Source of the DNA: Chiloscyllium plagiosum
Taxonomy: Eukaryota
NCBI RefSeq assembly: GCF_004010195.1
Contig: NC_057719.1
Location: 89,798,959-89,841,740 of the forward strand
Direction of reading: 5' to 3'
Length of the DNA: 42,782 nucleotides
The position numbers and the translations under genes were made by a program. Positions 1-11,594 of the stretch are shown here, piece by piece. The notes under the pieces are model-generated. The model was not told the origin of the DNA and searched no databases. It saw only the letters and a list, made by a program, of their open reading frames with translations. Each line of letters begins with the position of its first letter. The first letter of the stretch is position 1.

Positions 1-144
1 TACTGCTGCCTCTGAGCTTGTAATCACAAATTTAACTCTGTCATGATCATAGTTTGGGAATGTTTGCTTTAGACTAATGTAAACTTTTGTGTGTGTGGTT
101 TTGGATGTTTCTCTAATGATAAATTGCTTCTTGTCTTCCTATAG

Positions 145-305
145 ACTAGGAGAACAGTTCTACAAGGAAGCCATTGAACATTGCCGGAATTACAATGCCC
201 GGCTGTGTGCAGAACGCAGTGTCCGTCTGCCATTTCTGGACTCTCAGACTGGTGTCGCACAAAATAATTGCTACATTTGGATGGAAAAGAGGCACAGAGG
301 CCCAG
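145..305 (+). CDS. DPF3: DPF3 coding exon (exon 2 by analogy; Requiem/d4 N-terminal domain)
   Basis: ttcctatag|A acceptor and CCAG|gtttgt donor; 161 nt encoding [54 protein letters not shown], the d4-family N-terminus. Confidence 0.95.
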
Positions 306-599
306 GTTTGTGTCCACTTGGAAGGGGGGGGGGGTGCGCGGGCTAGGGGGGAGGAGTTCACTGTTTAGTTTCTGACATGGCGCAACATGCCTGAAGTATC
401 ACTGTAGGTTTGAAATTTTAACAGGCAATTTTAAGTCTTGCAGGGTGCTCACTTAAATTGATACTGAACAGTTTAAAGTGAGGTGCTTTGGGAACATGAA
501 CGGCAATGATGGATTGATTTTTCCAGCCTGTTCCATGCAATTAAAATGCTCCCTATCCCATGTGAAACAAGGCAATCTCCGAATCATACAGTGCAGATG

Positions 600-1130
600 A
601 GATTCTTCAGCTCATCAAGTCCATATCAACAAAAAAGCTACTTTAAATCTACACTAGTCCCACTTTCCAATATTTGGCTCATAGGCTTGAATGTTATGAC
701 GTTTCAAGTGCTCATCCAAGTACTTGTTAAAGGTTGTGAGGTTTCCCATCTCCCAGGCAGTGCATTCCAGCATCCCACCACCCTCTGGATGGAAACCCTT
801 CTCCTTAAAATCATTCCCCCTTGTCATATTCCCAATAAATGAAAGGAACAGCTGCTTCCACTCCATCCATCCATGCCCCTCCAATCAGGTTCCCCCTTCA
901 ACCACCTCTGCTCCAAAGGAAGCAACCTGAGCTTATCTAGCCTCATTTCATATGTAAGGCTCTCCATCCCAGGCAACATCCTGATGAACCTACCTCTTCT
1001 AGTGCAGTCACATCCTTACTATAGTAGAGGGACCAGAATGACTAGCTATCATCTAACCAAAGTTCAGTACAGTTCGAACATGACCTCCCTGCTCTTCTTA
1101 CCTGTGCCTTGACTGATGAAAGCAAACAGT
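600..1130 (-). mobile_element. Old CR1-type LINE 3' fragment
   Basis: Degenerate reverse complement of the CR1 ORF2 C-terminus/3' UTR (ccaggcaacatcctgatgaacct, gcattccagcatcccaccaccctctgg), homologous to other CR1 copies in the window. Confidence 0.6.
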
Positions 1131-1139
1131 GTGTCTTTA

Positions 1140-1480
1140 TTAGAACGTATACGTTATGAGTGGGATTTGTAGAGTAGACAGGAAGAAACTTGCCTTCTTG
1201 ACAGGAGGGGTCAGAAGGTGTAGATTTAAGGTAAAGGGGAGAAAGTTTAGAAGAGATGTGAGGAAACGTTTTTTCCAACCAGAGGATGATGGGAATCCGG
1301 AACTCGTTGCCTACATGGAGGTAAAATAACATTTAAGAAGCATTTAGATGTGCTCTTGTGATACAAGGCATTTAAGGTTAGGAACCAAATGGTGGAAACT
1401 GGATTAGAGTAGTTAAGTCCTTTTTGCCTGGTGCAGACTTGATGAGCCGAAGGCTTTTTTCTGTGCTGTTGTCCTCTGAC
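1140..1480 (+). mobile_element. CR1-type LINE 3' end
   Basis: atttaagaagcatttagatg...gacttgatgagccgaaggcttttttctgtgctgt: the CR1/HER1 3' terminus motif. Confidence 0.65.
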
Positions 1481-1489
1481 TGTTATGCA

Positions 1490-4317
1490 TGTATCGTACT
1501 TTAAATTGATTCGGCTTCCTCCGATCCAGTTCTCCAGAGTGAACAGAACTTTCAAAACGCTTTCTATCTCTCTAGACCAGGTTAACAGCCATACTCATGG
1601 AACTTCTATTTTTAATGAGGTCTGCCTGGCTGACCTTTTTGCAATCACTACATCCCTCCCCCTCCAAGTCCAGCAACATAGACCTGTTCTTTTTCTTCTC
1701 ACCTCTTCTGGGTGATTTTCACACCGGGTCTAGTTTCTCTGACTGAGCCTCAGATACAGATAACCTGTATCGGACCATGGCACAACTGTTGCGCCTGAGC
1801 ATTTGGAAGAAATTCACCTTTTGCTTCAGGCAGTAAAGGGATCAAGGCTGCAACATCTGCAGTGTCCATCTCCGACTCCAAGGTTTCTTCCATTCTGGAC
1901 AGAAGGAGAGAACACTAGTATTCTGACAGTCTTTGTTTTGAGGTGGCAAGTATGTTTTGCTCCTACGCCATTTACAAGTTAGCAGCTTTCATATAGTCCA
2001 CGTGCATGATCGGCTATGCCTTTTACCCTTGCAGGGCCATTCCAGTGATTCCGACCCCAAACTTTGTCCCTGGAATAAAATATCTCTCTCGCTTAGCTGA
2101 GTCTTATGTCCAGTATTGGTGTTCCTGATGCCGTTTCGTCTTTCTTTCCCCACCCCCTGACCCCAGAGGTCTGGGAAGATCAGATTTAACCTGATGCTGA
2201 ATCTTCTCCCCATTAGCAACTCTGGAGCTATCCTTGTAGTTGAATGGTCCAGTTAATCAATTAGGAACTGGGGTAGGTTGCTATCGAGTGAAGCTGTGAG
2301 CTGGTTCCTTAAGCCTGCCTTCAAAGTTTGGACTGTTCTTTCCTTCAGACCATTGGACAATAGATGGAATGGAGCTATCCTTATGTGTCAAATGCCATTG
2401 AAATACACAGATTCCCTTCGGGTAAATGGCCTGCTTTTTGTGACCAACACATCAGTGAGCAGTGTATGGCAAAAGATGTTTGCCACTTTTCTATTGTCGT
2501 CACCCTGTCTGACGAGTATCACATCCAACCACTTTGAGTGAGCATTCACAATAATTAAGAACGTTGAGCTCTTGAGACTACAGTGTAACCTAATCCAGAG
2601 TTTATCTGGCTATTCTCATGAATGTGGGAGAGCTACTGGCCTTTTTTTTTGTCTTTGGCACTCTGGACACCAACACAGCAATGTCTGCATCCATTCCTGG
2701 CTACCAGACATAACCTGTCCCCAGCATCTTTGTTTTGGACACCCTGGATGACCCTGGTGGAGTTCAGGCAGAATCTGATGGTGATCTTTATTCAGGACGA
2801 TCACTCTTGCTCCCCCTAGTAGTATGCCATACTGTCTGGTGGTCAGGTCTCATTGGGTCCAGAAAATTTCAATTCTGGTTGTTTTCCCCCATCAGGCTTG
2901 GATCCAACCAAGTTATTTACTGTGCTACAATCAGTGGTAATTGAACCAGCTGCTTCTCATGTGAGACTGGAACCAAAATGTACCCTTAATCTGTAAGGCT
3001 TCCCTGGCTCAGGTTCTCAGTCTCGCCAAGGTCTTTCACAAACTTAAAGGTTGGAATCCAGAACAAATTTTGTTAAAGACTGGTTCTGCAATCACTGATC
3101 TAGCTGTGCTAGCATCAACCTCTGTTAGAACCAGGTGACTATTTAACCAGATCATTATTTGATTTGGCTCTGATTTGGATGTCGCTAAGCAATTTAACTG
3201 TTCCAAACCAGATGTGGGTGGGCTTTCTAGGTTGTGTACCCTTCTGTATACCAGTCTGAGTTCTCTTACTCAATTAGGGCATAGTGGGACTCTTCCTGTC
3301 TTGAGTCTGCATGTCAGCACCAATTACAGTGGCTTGCCAGCGTGAATCCTGAACGAAGTGTTAACCATTTTGCCAAGGCTTCACTTTGTTTTGGGGCTTT
3401 GCTGTGGGCTGACTTATTTCTGTTCAGGAAATATCATGAATGAGGCTGTGCAAGTATCTTCACTCAAGTGGTGTTCCCCAAGCTTAGTTGGCCTGGCAAG
3501 GGTATCCATTTCTATTGGCTTAATCTGTAGCTCATATGCTCCATTTGCCACATTTTCTAATGACAAAGCCAGATGCCGTGGCTGTTTGAAGTCCAGGTGG
3601 GCTTTGGCCAGTCGCTGCTTTTGCACAGTTACATCATTAATCCCACGTACCAAATGGTCTCTTGGCATCTCATTCAGGGTTAACAAAACGTCACAAGTCT
3701 CTGCCAGTCATCTTAACTCCTCAAAAATCCTGACACTGATTTCCCCTCGTTCTCGAACTGCCGAATAAAACCGATAGCATTTAGGAATTAGATTAGACTT
3801 GAGGTCGTAATATTTCTTAACTGAATCTGTTACCTGTTGAAAGGTTTTAGAATCTGGGTGCCTCAGGAAACGTCAGGATCCTGATTATCGAGAAACCTGC
3901 CAGTCCACAAGCTGTCAGGAGAATTACTTATTGCTTTTTGTCTGCCCCAATTGTCATTTACCTATGGTTAAAAAAAAAGTTCCTTCTATGTACTAGGTCC
4001 AGTTTTCAGGGTCAAACGAGTCAAGCTTCCAAAATAACTGCATGTTGCCAGAAATGCTTACCCAATTCAGACAGCTGTTGTGGGCAGATTTCTTCAGGAG
4101 CATTTTTATTCTCTCGTTGCTACTGAAATAATACCACAAACATTGGTGTCCTGCCACCAAGTCTCACATGCTTAGTATTTGTCGCTGGTCCAGCTTTGTC
4201 AGAGCCAGCTCTGAGTGAACAGAATCTCTAACACTTCTGTTTAGATCTGTCAGCCAGGGCTCCCTCATTGTAGCTTTTAACCTGGTCCACTTGGCTGACC
4301 TTGTTGCAATCACTACA
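1490..4317 (-). mobile_element. Degenerate Gypsy/Ty3 LTR retrotransposon (gag-protease-integrase, RT/RNase H deleted)
   Basis: Two diverged LTRs both ending ggctgacctt(t/g)ttgcaatcactaca (1652, 4317); 5' LTR 4124-4317 TG..CA; PBS-like TAGCAACGAG on - strand next to it; polypurine tract 1653-1665; gag-like DHLVRGINDVTVQKQRL, protease-like EVDASTARSVI, integrase-like ELHQGHPG. Confidence 0.8.
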
Positions 4318-4374
4318 ATGTCATTTCAGTGCAAATATATTGTATCTCTCTCACTCCCTGTGGTGGCTTGACAC

Positions 4375-5225
4375 TTCCATTATTGTCCATCCCATGTTGC
4401 CCTTGAGAAGGTGCTAGTAAGCTGCTGCCTTGAACTGCTGCAGTCCATTTGGTTTAGGTGTACACAATGGTGTTAGGTAGACATTTCCAGGATTATGACT
4501 CATTTAGACTAAAGGAATAGGATAGCGTTGTAATTCCAATTTAGAATGATGAGTGGCTTAGAGGAGAATGTGCAGTTGGTGGTGTACCCATGTAAGTGCT
4601 GCCCTTGTCCTTCTAGATCTAGTTGTCGAAGATTTGGAGGGTGCTCTCGGTAGAATTTTGGTGAATTTCTTTACATCTTGTGGACCATGCACGTTACTGA
4701 TACCATTGTGGATGCTAATGCAGGGCTTTTTTTTCTGGTGGTGTCCAGCTGTATTCATTTAGGCAAGTAGGCAATATTCCATACATCCCTGTTTTGTGCC
4801 TTGCAGATAAACCATGCTTGAGGAATTGGGATGTGAATTCCTTGCTGCAGGATTCCTACTTTCTGATGTGCTCTTGTAGCCACAGTATTTGTATGGCTAG
4901 TCTCGTTCAATTTCTGGTCAGTAGTAGCCCACAGGTTGTTAACGATGGGGAAAATGAATGGTAATGCCATTAAATGTCTAAGAGAAATAGTTAAATTCGC
5001 TCCAGTCAAAGATTGTGACTTGTGTGGTCGAAATGGTGCTCATTACTTCTCACTTGTCAGACCAAGCTTTTGAAAATGTCCATATTTTACTGCATTTGAA
5101 CACTGTTTTAGCATCTGAAGAATTCTGAACAATCCTGAACGTTGTGAAATGATTCATGAACATCACCACTTCTGAACCCGTTATGATTCGAAGGTCGTTG
5201 AGATGACAGGTTGTAGGTTGTGAGG
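4375..5225 (-). mobile_element. Old CR1/L2-clade LINE fragment
   Basis: ttattgtccatcccatgttgcccttgagaaggtg...ccttgaactgctgcagtcc also occurs at 31410-31480 and, reverse-complemented, at 42080-42150; degenerate RT-like remnants. Confidence 0.5.
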
Positions 5226-5665
5226 ATAGAAGAACATCATATCAAAAGAACTAGACACAGGAGGAGGCAATTTGAGCCCTCAAGCCTACTCTACCATTCA
5301 GTATGATCACAGCTGATCTTATCTTAGTCGTCTTTTTACTGTCCAGCCCTGTTTGAACCAGTTACTAATTAAAAATCTTTCTATCTCCTGGTCAGATTTA
5401 CTCAATGTCCAGGCAACCAACGCACTCTGGGGGAATGAATTCCACGAATTTACAATGGGTTTGAGAGAAGTAATTCCTCCTCATCTGTTTTAATTTTTCT
5501 ATTGTTTATCCTTAAAACTAGACTTTGTATTCTAGATTGCCCCGCAAGAGGAAACTTCCTTCCACATCTACTTTTTGAAAAGCTTTCAGCATCTTGTAAA
5601 CCTCCATTTAGATCTCATCTCATTCTTTCAAACTCCAGAGTGTATAGGCCTAAACTATTCAATCT

Positions 5666-5737
5666 GCATCTAAGGAGCAGGAGAATCCTGAAGAAGGGCT
5701 CATGTCCGAAACGTCGATTCTCCTGCTCCTTGGATGC
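5666..5737 (+). ncRNA. Putative minimal type I hammerhead ribozyme
   Basis: Helix I 5666-5687/5716-5737 (22 bp, one G-U); CTGAAGA 5688-5694; extra A; helix II GGGC-TCAT-GTCC; GAAA 5708-5711; palindromic ACGT in place of helix III; GTC cleavage triplet ending 5715. Confidence 0.65.
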
Positions 5738-5812
5738 TGCCTGACCTGCTGTGCTTTTCCAGCAATACCTTTTTTCAGCTCTGATCTCCAGCATCTGCAG
5801 TCCTGACTTTCT
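5666..5812 (+). mobile_element. Short Penelope-terminus (pseudo-LTR) insertion carrying a hammerhead motif
   Basis: Flanked by direct repeat CCTAAACTA (5649-5657, 5813-5821); sequence matches the PLE terminal repeat at 41294-41380; contains a 22-bp internal inverted repeat. Confidence 0.8.
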
Positions 5813-6320
5813 CCTAAACTACTGTCTTCATAAATCAAGCATCTCCCTTCTAGAATCAATTTAGTGAATGTCCCATGAATTGCCAGCAACCTGACATCCC
5901 TCCAATTAAGGTGACCAAAACTCTCACTAATACTCCAAGTGTGTTCAACACTTAAGTTAACAACAATTCACAGCTTTAATACTCTCTCCCTTTAGCAATA
6001 AATGCCAAAATTCCATTTGTCGCCTTATTACCTGCTCGAGGACATCCAGATCTCCTCTGCACTGAAGCACTCTGAAATTTCTTTCCATTTAGAAAATAAG
6101 TTGCCTTTCTATTCTTCTCACCAAAATGGACAACTTCACACTAATCCACATTGGATTCCATCTGCCAAAAATTGGTCCATTCACCTAACCTGTCCATATC
6201 TATTTGTAAATGTATTTCTTTATACCAGCTTACTGTCCCACCTATTTTAGTGTCATTTGCAAATTTGGCTATAGTACCTTCTATGCCTGCATCCAAGTCA
6301 TTAACATAGATTGTAAATAG

Positions 6321-6531
6321 GTAAAAACAATGACTGCAGATGCTGGAAACCAGATTCTGGATAAGTGGTGCTGGAAGAGCACAGCAATTCAGGCAGCATC
6401 CGAAAAGCTTCGAAATCGACGTTTCGGGCAAAAGCCCTTCCTGATGAAGGGCTTTTACCCGAAACGTCGATTTCGAAGCTTTTCGGATGCTGCCTGAATT
6501 GCTGTGCTCTTCCAGCACCACTGATCCAGAA
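6321..6531 (+). mobile_element. Palindromic Penelope-terminus insertion with hammerhead core
   Basis: 15-bp TSD ATAGATTGTAAATAG (6306-6320, 6532-6546); ~85-bp near-perfect inverted arms; CTGATGA-A-GGGC-TTTT-ACCC-GAAACGTC at 6441-6468. Confidence 0.85.
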
Positions 6532-6679
6532 ATAGATTGTAAATAGTTGTACCCAAGGACTGACCCCAGTGGAACCCCACTAGTTGCAACTTGTCAACAG
6601 AAAAGGACTCTTATTTCTATTTCCATGTGAATTCACCTTGTATAGTAACATTTGTGTAGCACGTTATCAAATGGAAGTT

Positions 6680-7730
6680 TAGATCATTAGCATCTCATGG
6701 AATGCAGGGAGAACTAGCCATTTGGATACAGAACTGGCTCGAAGGTATAAGACAGAGGGTGGTGGTGGATTGTTTTTCAGACTGGAGTCTTGTGACCAGT
6801 GTCCGTGCTGGGTCCACTGCTTTTGATCATTTATATAAATGATTTGGATGTGAACGTAGGAGGAATGGTTAGTTAATTTGCAGATGACACCAAAATTGGA
6901 GGCGTAATGGACAGTGAAGAAGGTTACCTCAGATGACAGCAGGAACTTGATCAGAGGGGCCAATGAGCTGAGGAATGCGAGGTGCTGCATTTTGGGAAAG
7001 CAAATTTTAGCATGACTTATACATTTAATGGTAAGGTCCTAGGGAGTGTTGCTGAAGAAAGAGACCTTTGAGTGCAGGTTCATAGTTCCTTAAAAATAGA
7101 GTCGCGGGTAGACAGGATAGTGAAGAAGGCATTTGGTATGCTTTCCTTTATTGGTCAGAATATTGAGTACAGGAGTTGGGAGGTCATATTGCATGTAGGC
7201 CGCATTTGGAATATTGCGTGTAATTCTGATCTTCCTATCAGAAGGATGTTGTGAAACTTGAAAGATTTACAAGGATGTTGCCAGGGTTGGAGGATTTGAG
7301 CTATAGGGAGAGCCTGAATAGGCTGGGGCTGTTTTCCCTGGAACGTCGGAGGCTGAAGGGTCACCTTAGAGGTTTATAAAATCTTGAGGTATAAACAGAC
7401 AAGGTCTTTTCCCTGGATGCGGGAGTCCAGAACTAGAGGGCATAGGTTTAGGGTGAGAGGGGAAAGATATAAAAGAGACCCAAGGGGCAACCTTTTCATG
7501 CAGAGGGTGGTATGTGTGAATGAAATGAGTTGCCAGAGGAAGTGATGGAGGCTGGTTCAATTACAGCATTAAGAGGCATCTGGATGGTTTTATGAATAGG
7601 AAGGGTTTAGAGGGATATGGGCTAAGTGCTGGCAAATGGGACTAGATTAGGTTAGGATGTCTGGGCACCATGGGCAAGTTGGACCGAAGGGTCCGTTTCT
7701 GTGCTGTACATCTCTATTACTCTATGTACT
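6680..7730 (+). mobile_element. CR1 (HER1-like) LINE 3' ~1 kb, inserted in an older CR1
   Basis: Frameshifted RT (FADDTKIGG: tttgcagatgacaccaaaattgga), QVHSSLKIESRVDRIVKKAFGMLSFI, 3' end ggaccgaagggtccgtttctgtgctgtacatctctat. Confidence 0.85.
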
Positions 7731-9400
7731 ATGCCTAAAAAAATCCCAGTTATCTGCATTGCTTGTTACATTTTCAAAGAACTCTAGTCAAACACTATTT
7801 ACCTTTCATAAAACCATGCTGACTCTGATGGATTGCGAGTTGACTTTCCAAATGTCCTGTTATTACTTCCTTAATCAAGAATTTTAATAATTTCCCAATG
7901 AGAGATGTTAAACTAACTAGTCTAGTTTCCTACTTTGACTCCTTTTTTGGAATAGGAGTGTTATATTAGCATCTTTCCAATCCTTTTCCTACATTTGAGA
8001 GAATTTCGGATTATTATAACCAGTAGATCCACCATATCTATTGCCACTTCCTTTACGGACTCTAGGGTATAGGCTTTCAGACCCTGGGGACTTGCCCCTG
8101 CCCTCAATCTCAATTGTTAACTCAGTATTTTTCTTCCCAAGTGGTGATTGTTCCAAGTTCCTCCCTTCCTATGATCCTTGCATTACCTGTTGCTATTGAG
8201 ATAGTACTAGCATCCTCCACCATGAAAAGTGAGCCAATACATTGTCTCTGCCATTTTTGTTCTCTACTATTAATTCTCTAATCTCCTACTCCAATGGACC
8301 AGCATTTGCTTCAGCTACTCTTTTCCTTTTATAGACATGTACAAGTTTTTGTTATCCATTTTTAAATTTTGTGCTACCACTCTTTCATAACTTACTTTCT
8401 CTTATTACTTTTTTAGTAACATTTTTGTTGAATTTTAAAATTTCCCAATCCTCCAGCCTGCCAGTGGCCTTTGCAACATGGGGTGCCTTATTTTATGTCA
8501 TTGTTATCTTTAATTTCTTTGCTTAGCCATGGATGTGTTTTCCTTCCCTTATACCTTTCTTCCTCACTGGAATATAATTTAGTTGGGAGAAAAACACCTG
8601 CCACTGCTCATCAACTGTCCTACCTTTTGTCTTTCAGCCCAGTCCATTTGGGCTAAATTTGTCCTTATGCCTATGTTTAACTTTGTTTAACTCCAGAATG
8701 CTAGTGTGGGACTCTAGTTTCTCACCCTCAAACTGCATTTGAAATTCTTGCATATTATGAACACTCAGCTTGAATTCTTTACTGTGAGGTCAATCATTAA
8801 TCCCACCTTAATGTGCAATACCCAATCCAGAATGGCATGTCTGCTTTACTGTATCAGTTGTATTAGAAATGACAAATAAAAAGCTACTCTACCTGTTTGG
8901 TTCCCCACATATTGATCTAAGAAACAATCTCCTTCCTTGTGTTCTCTTGCCAATTTAATTATTCCAGTCAGAATGCATATTAAAATCACCAGTTATTGTT
9001 GTAACTTTTCTTAGAAGCCCACAGTATTTCCTGGTTTGTACTGTACCCCATTGCTGAACTGCTGCTTGGGATCTATAGTTTTTCCCTTGCTATTACCTAC
9101 TTGAACTATGATAATGATCTGGGACTGAGATGATTGACATCAAATGGACAGAGCTATCTTTCTTTGTGCTAGGATGACACCAACCAGTGAAGAGTTTTTT
9201 TTCCCCCACTGATTCCCATTAACTCTGGTTTTGCTTGGGCTACTTACTACCACATTCTGTCAAACCAAATGCCAATCATAACGGTTCTGCCCCTGTCCAC
9301 TCTAGGACAACTCCTTTTTTAACATTTTAATGTCTTCATTAAATCTCTATTTCAAACCCACCTCCCTTTGTCTCCTTCCCTATCTTACTTGAACACATTA
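7730..9400 (-). mobile_element. Old CR1 LINE, upstream continuation of the 5230-6678 copy
   Basis: Degenerate ORF2 (aaaaccatgctgact, gatgttaaactaactagtct, aatattaaaatcacc endonuclease remnant) colinear with the - strand CR1 at 38340-41165. Confidence 0.55.
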
Positions 9401-10229
9401 TATTCTTGCTTGCATGTAGTTTCAACCCTCCCTAACCACTACAGTTCTCTGTCCTTTTTGAGTTGTTGCAGCATCTCCATTTTTAAATTCGTATCTTCTG
9501 GTCCAGAACTAATCCAAACAAACCAAGAATCAGTGCATTCAGCAATATGTGGTTCCTCTTCAACACCCTATTGCTATTCCTGCTAGCACAAGGCTGAGTC
9601 ATTCTGAGAAAACCAACCTTGAGGATCCAAATTATTTATTCTTTCCCTAACTCTGGAAAATCTGACTATAGGATAGGGTCTGTGCTGTTGGTACTATGGT
9701 ATACCCCAATTTCTGGGTCCTGTGATAACCTTTTTAGCCTGGCATAATGCACTACAGAAAAAACAGTACGTTCCCAACTATGAGGTCTGGCTGCATTTCA
9801 ATACCTTGCAATTCCCTCTTGTGTATTCTCTCACCAGTTAGTATCATGGTCTAGACTGCAATGCTTTACGGTATTGTCACTTCCAACATTATCTAATGCT
9901 AAATATCTGTTTTAGAGCAGTAAAAACCTTTAAATGTCTGTACTTCCTTCCCCTTTCTTAATGGCCACCTAGCTACTGCCCTGACCACTTGTGGAGTAAC
10001 CATTTCATGGACGCAACAATCCAGTTGCTGCTCTCTTAATTTCCTTCTGGTCTGTGTAATCTGTGTGTATCTGGAGAATTGGGTTGAAAATCAGGCCACT
10101 GATCCTCTAACTCTGAAGGAAAATCCCTGAGCAAAATTATTTAAAACTAGCTCACTGTCAAGAATTTATGCTTTTATTTAACTGTCTCATGCACATGGGG
10201 TTCTGATCCAGGATTGATATATCTTGTAG

Positions 10230-10337
10230 GGGTGGCGCCAGGGCAGTTGTACACTTACCCTGCACGCTGCTGGCGAAAGAAGAGACGCCTGCATCCCCCT
10301 GAAGACCCCAGGCTGAGACTATGTGAAATCAAGTTTG
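10230..10337 (+). CDS. DPF3: DPF3 coding exon 3
   Basis: cttgtag|GG acceptor, TTTG|gtgagt donor, phase 1/1, 108 nt: (G)[35 protein letters not shown]; the [15 protein letters not shown] signature fits DPF3 better than DPF1 or DPF2. Confidence 0.95.
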
Positions 10338-11594
10338 GTGAGTGCTGAAATCAGCCAATATTCCTTTATACCATTAGGTTTAGGTTATAAAACAAATGCT
10401 TCAAAATTGCAAAATACATTTTAAAAATGTATGATTTGTTTTGTATTGAGGAAGAAGTAGGGCTTATTTAATTTTCAATTAGTGATTTGATTCTGTTTTA
10501 ATCTTTAATAAAGGAAAAAAAATACCTTTTTGACTAGTCTGTTTAAAATTGAATTGTATTTTTATGTTTTTGACAACTTACCTGTTGGCAAAGTATCACA
10601 ACTGGTATGAAATTCCTCTCGTTCATATTGCTGAAGAAAAGTTTTCTTTTTTACAAAATTGTACTTTAGATCATAAAATATCAAAAAGCTTCGTTAGGTT
10701 ATGCGAAAATACAAAATATAACTCTCTTCATTGAGCATGCTGTTAAGTACATTCAATCCACGTGTAAAACCTATGACACTTTCTACATGGTGACAGACTT
10801 GGAACCCAATAGGATATACAAGTCATCAGCCCCTCTGTTCACTATTGTTGAAATGCCTTAAACGGCAATCTTTCTCCACTGTGTGCAGCGCCTCCTGCAA
10901 GCTTTAGTATGTCTCAGCACCTAGTTGTTGACTTTGGAATATGCCATGTTGCAACACTAAGTCAAATGTAACTTTGTGCTGGAAGACCAACATGTTTTGG
11001 GCAAATGGAATGTATCTTGTTGTGTATTTAGTGAGTATGATGGGCTGTCACACTTAGAATCTGATCACATGACATCTTTGGCCATATTAAGATTTAGATT
11101 TTTATTGTCACGTGTACTCAAGTACAGCAGTGCAGTGAAAATTGTATAATGTTGAGTCTCACGGCACCACCTTGGGTACAAAAGTACCTAGGTACAAAGT
11201 AGTAAAATACAAACAAAATTTGAAAAGTTAAACATTAAAGACCTTCATAGAATAACTGGAACAATAAAGAAATAACAGCATACTAGTTAGCATTAAATAG
11301 CTAACAATAGTTAACATGGGCAGAAAACCACTCAATCTGTCTAACTCTGGTGCTTGCAGAGTGAACGCCACCTGAATAAATTCCCTGTTACATAATATTT
11401 TGGCTTCCTGGTTCTTCTTGGAACTTAACACCAAGAAGCAAAATGGCAATGAATTTAAAAACTGCTTTGAGATCAATCCACTAAAACAAAAACAAATCAT
11501 AGTGCCTCCAAGATCTGCAGTTAGGACTTCAATATAAATACAAAGAAAAGTATTCCAAACAGGCCATTGCTGCACCAAAGTAGGTGCAGTCAGT

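Larger units (their letters stand above)
5230..6678 (-). mobile_element. Old CR1 LINE, 3' part (interrupted by two PLE-terminus inserts)
   Basis: - strand [27 protein letters not shown] (CR1 RT motif) and 3' UTR remnants. Confidence 0.75.

Noticed and set aside
89..346. 85-aa ORF as a standalone gene
   Set aside because: Only 145-305 is coding (splice sites, d4 homology); the flanks are intron read-through. The same holds for ORFs 20065-20310 and 27434-27616.
373..392. p53-family response element-like TGACATGGCG CAACATGCCT
   Set aside because: First half-site has several mismatches to RRRCWWGYYY; not distinguishable from chance without conservation or ChIP data.
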